Below are positions 59,301 through 64,000 of a stretch of DNA of 64,000 bases, one piece after another (position 1 is the first letter of the stretch; each line of letters begins with the position of its first letter). The notes under the pieces are model-generated. The model was not told the DNA's origin and did not search any database. It was given only the letters and a program-made list of their open reading frames with translations. Location of the stretch: positions 32,001-96,000 of IMG/VR virus record IMGVR_UViG_3300013830_000002, one strand, 5' to 3'. Origin of the DNA: a virus (taxonomy: Duplodnaviria > Caudoviricetes). A program made the position numbers and the translations under genes.

Positions 59301-61359
59301 TATATTCTCTGGCATTTGAGAGTACTCCAGCAGCACCTGCAGCTAAGGCTACCTTGCCTAGCTTAGGAATATACTTTGTAACAGTCCGAATAATTTTAGT
59401 CCCACTCCCTAAAGCATCACCAACAATAGGAATTGCTCCTAAAAGACTTAATCCTGTATTTGCAGCAAAATTACCAAGAGCAGCTCCTGTGCTTACTCCG
59501 TCTTTTAAATCTGCATAAAGGTTTGCTCCACTACTGGCAAGTCCTAAACCAGTAGCTGAAATAGCCTCAGGGTCAACAAGTGCAGCAATATCGGCACCTA
59601 TAGCACCGAGTCTTGCATAATCAGCAGATGTCCATCCTACATTAAATGTATTATGTTCAGTATTTCCAAATGGCTTTCTGTTCTGAGGATTAGACTAAAA
59701 ATTCTTTACTGCTGTTTTTACAGAATTTGAATTGGCAGTAAATCCTGGATTAGCAACTTCAATTAATGAAGCATCCTTTAGATTGATTCCACCACCTTGC
59801 TGATACTCAATGGTTCCACCTTCTTTTTTAAGAACATATCCAGCATAATTTCCAGTACTAAAATCCTGCTGTGCTTCATTCTGCTTTCCTTTATTATAGA
59901 TAGCTTTGATTTTATCAAAGTATAAGTTTCTTCCTGTTACATCAGTATCATAAAGACTGATACGTCTTACATAACCTGTAACAGGATTGTATGCTGGGAC
60001 TGAACCAGTGTAAGGATTAAAGTAATTTGGAAGGTATTTCCAACCATTCCATTTTCCGCCAACCACAGTTTTTGCAGAAGGAGAAAGACTTATAAACTGT
60101 CCTAATTCTGTAGCTATAGAATGATAACCTTTATCGTTGTTTACTGATTGTGATAAATCTCCCTGCATTAATGCACTGTTATTACCATAAAATAAAGGGT
60201 ACATTCCATTAGAATTTATAGCCAGTTTATAACTTTCCAATAGCTTTGTTGGGTCACTGGTATCATAACTAATATAATGTCCTCTATTCTTCCAGCCTAA
60301 AGCCCTATTCCCTGAATAATGCTGAGCTTCATAAGTATGCCAGTTGTTATACATTTCCTGACCTAAATCAAGAAGGCCTTTTTTAAGAGCAGCAGCATCT
60401 CTTGCTGCTTGGGCTTCTTGAGCTTTTTTCTACTTTTCAAGCTCAGCTTGCTTGGCAGCCTCAGCTTTTTGCTCATCAGTCATTCCTTCTGTGCTGTCAG
60501 CAGCAGGCTAAGCAGTGGCAGGCTGAGCAGCAGGGGCAGCACCCCCTTCAGTGGGTTCAACATAGGTTTTGCCAGTAGTAAAAAGCCTGTTATAAATTGA
60601 TGGGTCCATTCCCAAATTATTCATCAATGCTCTTGCCTTTGGTCCTACTCCACCATTTGCCATTTCAGTCTGAAGTGCATGAAGTGCATCAATATAAGCC
60701 TCTCTTGTCTTGTATTTAGTATCAGAGAAATCAAGGTTATTGGGAATATCATTAATATACTAATTAATTGATTTACTGAAAAGATTGGCTCTGTTTACTG
60801 TAGAACGTCTCTTTGCTTTATCATTATAAGCATCATTTGCATACCAAGCATCATAGTCAGGTTCACCACCGGGAAAAAGATACTTGCTTGCAATAGTGTC
60901 GAGTCCGTTGGAATCAAAGTCAAATTTTGTCTTTGGTTTATTTGCTTCTTCTTGTTGATGTTTATAAAGACCTCCGGCAATGCTGTTTACAAAGTTGGCA
61001 ACATATCTGTTAGGATAGAATTTAAGCTGATATTTGTCTCCTTTCGGATGTTTTGCAAAGTATGCGTCAGCTACTTCCCTTGAGACAAAGTTGCCATGTC
61101 TATCCTCATAATCTGAAGGGCCATTATCAAGCTATCCAGCACTGTCTATCAGGCTATGGTCCTAATCTGTAGAAATTCTTCCTTCTCCAATAGCCTTTTC
61201 GTAATTTCCAAGAGCATCATAAAAAGCATTTGCTCTTACTTCATCCCAGTTATTATATTTGACAAAAGATTGGGCATTGTGTTTTAGATTCTTTAAGAGT
61301 AAATCCCTGTCAATGTCTGTGTCAATATACCTGTATGTATTTTTTGTAGTATCTGCCAT
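56383..61359 (-). CDS. 1658-aa putative ejected (cargo) protein with Gly/Ala-rich hydrophobic segment (TAG=Gln)
   Basis: One frame from 61359 to TAA at 56383, broken only by TAG where traced; hydrophobic stretch ~59640-59320. Confidence 0.82.
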
Positions 61360-61390
61360 AATTTTTAATTTGAATTACTTTACAAAAATG

Positions 61391-61436
61391 AAAAAGTGGG
61401 AATGTCTAATAGACATTTCCATTGACATTCCCACTT
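61391..61436 (-). terminator. intrinsic terminator or attenuator
   Basis: AAGTGGGAATGTC / GACATTCCCACTT stem followed by a T-tract on the - strand. Confidence 0.75.
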
Positions 61437-61443
61437 ATCATAA

Positions 61444-61740
61444 TTACGCTTTAATTCTACGAGAAAGCTTTCCACCCATCTTGAATACAGGTTCACCTTC
61501 TGCAGGGGTTTGCTCTGCAGGAGCTCCACCTTCTTCAGCAGGAGCCTGCTGCTGTTGGGCAGCTTCCTGTGCAGCTTGAACAAGGTTCTGGCATACTTGC
61601 AATGCAAGTTGGCCATCATTATTCTGAACTGCCTGTGCAGCCATCTGTACAAGTTGCTGCATTGGGTCTTGTGCTTGCTGTTCCTGTGTACCAGCCTCAG
61701 CAGGCATTTCGCCTCCTTCTTGTAAAAATTTTAACTTCAT
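61444..61740 (-). CDS. small Ala/Gln-rich putative virion protein
   Basis: MKLKFLQEGG...QDPMQQLVQMAAQA...FKMGGKL. Confidence 0.8.
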   Translation of the reverse strand: MKLKFLQEGGEMPAEAGTQEQQAQDPMQQLVQMAAQAVQNNDGQLALQVCQNLVQAAQEAAQQQQAPAEEGGAPAEQTPAEGEPVFKMGGKLSRRIKA

Positions 61741-61791
61741 TTCTGTTAAATAATTAAGTTGATAAATTGCAATTCATCTTAGTTAATAAAA

Positions 61792-62412
61792 TCAGGATTT
61801 CTTACCCTTATTTTTATCCTCAGGAAGTGACACATACTGAGGGTCTCTATGGTCTTGTGCATAAAGCTCCTTGAAAACAATCTTGCCTAAACGTTTGCAG
61901 TCACTTTCATAGAGCTCTTTATCGTTTCTGTGAGCAAAGGCTTTTTTAGCCCTGCTTATAAGTTTACGAGTTGAGATTCTGGAGAAAATTCTTTCACCTC
62001 CCTGTAGCATACCTTGTGCAGTACCATCAGGAGCGAGAATTTTCATCACATATTTATCCAAGTCAGTGTCTTCATCAAGTTCAAAATCGTCACCTTCCCT
62101 GATTCCTGAATCAGCACTAACTTCAAGTATATATTTGACATTAGGATAAGGAATAAGCTCTTCAGATTCTGGTTTAGGAGTATATACTTGACTAACCATA
62201 TCAAACTTATCAATTCCTATAATGTCAAGAGGAATTTTTGTGTTTTTCATCCACATTTCCGGTGTTTCATCAGTGTCAGAAAAATCAAACAGCATTCCTT
62301 CATCAGGAGCAAGATGCTCTCTTCCACTCAGGCCCTTATGCCTGTCTTCAGAGGATTTAGCAAACTCACACCTATAAGTTTTATCACCAATATTTACCAA
62401 AACTTTGTTCAT
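61792..62412 (-). CDS. DUF192 domain protein with C-terminal extension
   Basis: GLSGREHL..DEGMLF..WMKNTKIPLDII..YILEV. Confidence 0.87.
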   Translation of the reverse strand: MNKVLVNIGDKTYRCEFAKSSEDRHKGLSGREHLAPDEGMLFDFSDTDETPEMWMKNTKIPLDIIGIDKFDMVSQVYTPKPESEELIPYPNVKYILEVSADSGIREGDDFELDEDTDLDKYVMKILAPDGTAQGMLQGGERIFSRISTRKLISRAKKAFAHRNDKELYESDCKRLGKIVFKELYAQDHRDPQYVSLPEDKNKGKKS

Positions 62413-63556
62413 GTAGATTTCTTAAATAAGTAAATTTACCACCCTGTTTTGCAGAAGGACGAAGATAGCTTTGAATTCTGTCAGCAGTACCCGCAATGCT
62501 TGCATAATACTAATCAGGTGTTTGTGATGGATTATATTTATAATTTCCAATATAAAGGCTGTTCACAAAATCCTTTAAAGACCTTGCTGACATAATCGGC
62601 CATTTGTTAAGTGTTTTCAGATGAGCTTTTACAAAGTCATCAAGAGAGCCATAATACACTGTCTGCCCATTAACTTTATGGCCACCATAGTTGAATCCAT
62701 TTGCTTTTTCCCCATAGCCACTTTCCAATGCAGCTTGTTCTGTCATATATGATGCAATTCTATTATATGTGCTATCAGTATAATAGTTACCATATTCTGA
62801 CTTTAATCCTCGTTTGAATGCATTGAAAACAGTATTTGTCCACTGTGCTTTTTTATCTCCTGAATAGATTTTAGGATTATTACCAGTATTTCCAAGCCAT
62901 TGGTTCCATGTCAGAACAGCGTTTGAATCTGGTCCTATATGGAAATGCTTTCCAGTTGCTCCTGTTTGTCTCATGGTAGCAGGATTTGTCTCATCCAGAA
63001 CTCCAAGACTGTTATACTTGAAGAAATTTCTGACGTTATCATTAGACAGCATTGCCTGCTTGAGCTAGTCAAAAGTCTGCCCTTCCACTGGAACAATGTC
63101 CACTGCATTTCCATAAACATGATTGCTTCTCACTCCTGCTTTCCCTGCCTAACCAGGCTTACGTTTTCCAGAAGTAATTCTTGCCTGAATACCATTTTTA
63201 TCGAAAAGTTTCTGGATTTCAGAAGCAAGATTACCCCTGTTGTAACGGGTAATTGAAGCATTGTCAATCATGCCTTGCTCATCGTAGTCATTGAGGTCTT
63301 TCAAAAGCCAGTCAAGATTACCATAATCAGGTTCAGCCTCATATTCCTATTGCTGCTGTTCCTGCTCTTGGGCAAGAGCCTGTTCTTCTGCTTGTCTCTC
63401 TTTTTCAAGCCGTTCATTTTCTGCATCTTCAAAAGCCTGTAATCTGCTTTTTACACTGGGTGCTATTGTTGCTGTATTTTGCACAGCCGTTTCATCTTCT
63501 GGGTTACTTGGTGCCACACTCTTATATGATACAAATAAATCTGCCAGTGTTGCCAT
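62384..63556 (-). CDS. putative dual peptidoglycan hydrolase: M15-like peptidase + glucosaminidase/lysozyme-like domain (TAG=Gln)
   Basis: 390 aa; ITSG.R..SNHVYGNAVDIV..HFHIG; QAALESGYG..FNYGG. Confidence 0.75.
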
Positions 63557-63564
63557 TATTTTTG

Positions 63565-64000
63565 TTATTGTGGTAATTCTACAGGATGATAGCTTTGACC
63601 AGATATAGTAGAAGTAATTAATAAAGCTTTATTGAGGGCCTTAGCAAGTACTTCTGTTTGTTTGGTCAAAGTTACAACCTTCTGTTCTAATTGGACTACA
63701 TAGTCATACAGTTTATTGTCCTGAACACTTTCATCAGCTTTGTCCACTTTAGGTACTATGGCTTTTTGTACTGCAAGTTCTTCTTTCTGTTTATGTGAAA
63801 GTTGTTCATCTAAAAAAGCATAGGAGGATGCTTCAAACCCTGCATTGAGCTTGTAAACATTATCCCTTCCTCTTTTTTCAGTAACTATATATCCTAAATC
63901 AGAAAGCCTTTTTATACTTGTCAGTACTGTTACAGGAGAAGAACTTGTAAGCTTAGCCATTTTAGAGACTGAGACAGTTGATTCCCCTGTAACACTATTC
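63565..64000 (-). CDS. winged-HTH + coiled-coil protein, 5' end outside window
   Basis: Frame open to window edge; SVSKMAKLTSSSPVTVLTSIKRLSDLGYI..RGRDNVYKL. Confidence 0.7.
   Translation of the reverse strand, partial: NSVTGESTVSVSKMAKLTSSSPVTVLTSIKRLSDLGYIVTEKRGRDNVYKLNAGFEASSYAFLDEQLSHKQKEELAVQKAIVPKVDKADESVQDNKLYDYVVQLEQKVVTLTKQTEVLAKALNKALLITSTISGQSYHPVELPQ

Noticed and set aside
26046-63256. Short + strand ORFs across the late arm
   Set aside because: Antisense shadows of the long - strand genes with no recognisable motifs
25539-63556. Mass pseudogenisation or assembly error explaining the fragmented - strand
   Set aside because: The breaks I traced are in-frame TAG with no frameshifts and intact motifs; recoding explains them
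1-64000. Suppressor tRNA, CRISPR array, DGR or inteins
   Set aside because: None recognised by eye. Terminal Cys residues lack intein His-Asn ends. tRNAscan-SE and HMM searches are needed to exclude these formally
1-64000. Genome-wide TGA=Trp recoding
   Set aside because: TGA terminates many genes with ATGA/TGATG coupling (7528, 11416, 15488, 45157); only two local exceptions

Overview
This window is 64 kb of a crAss-like (Crassvirales) Bacteroidetes phage genome, with two convergent arms meeting at a bidirectional terminator (~25.5 kb). The + arm (1-25472) carries small accessory genes and nucleotide/RNA metabolism genes: three ThyX paralogues, NrdD/NrdG, thioredoxin, a deoxyribosyltransferase-like protein, PNK 3'-phosphatase, an RNase H-kinase fusion, RNA ligase, a vWA/MoxR-like ATPase pair, MgsA, YqeY and homing endonucleases. 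The - arm (25539-64000) looks shredded in the ORF track only because TAG is read as Gln. With that code it resolves into about ten genes, including four giant adjacent virion/ejected-protein genes (~3090, ~3650, ~910, ~1535 aa), one being the virion RNA polymerase (QGSDYDIDK). Two group I introns are present, one in the ATPase gene and one in the RNAP gene. The most unusual signals are: (i) Cys at exactly the facing C- and N-termini of the four giant proteins, suggesting a head-to-tail chain; (ii) a recurring K/Q-x-GG motif in the other putative virion cargo proteins; (iii) a canonical, a divergent and an apparently dead ThyX; (iv) 5'-proximal amber codons in otherwise TAG-poor genes; (v) a shared promoter motif inside the L1 loops of both introns. 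No tRNA or CRISPR array was recognised. All translations and alignments were done by eye and family assignments come from motif recognition, not database searches.
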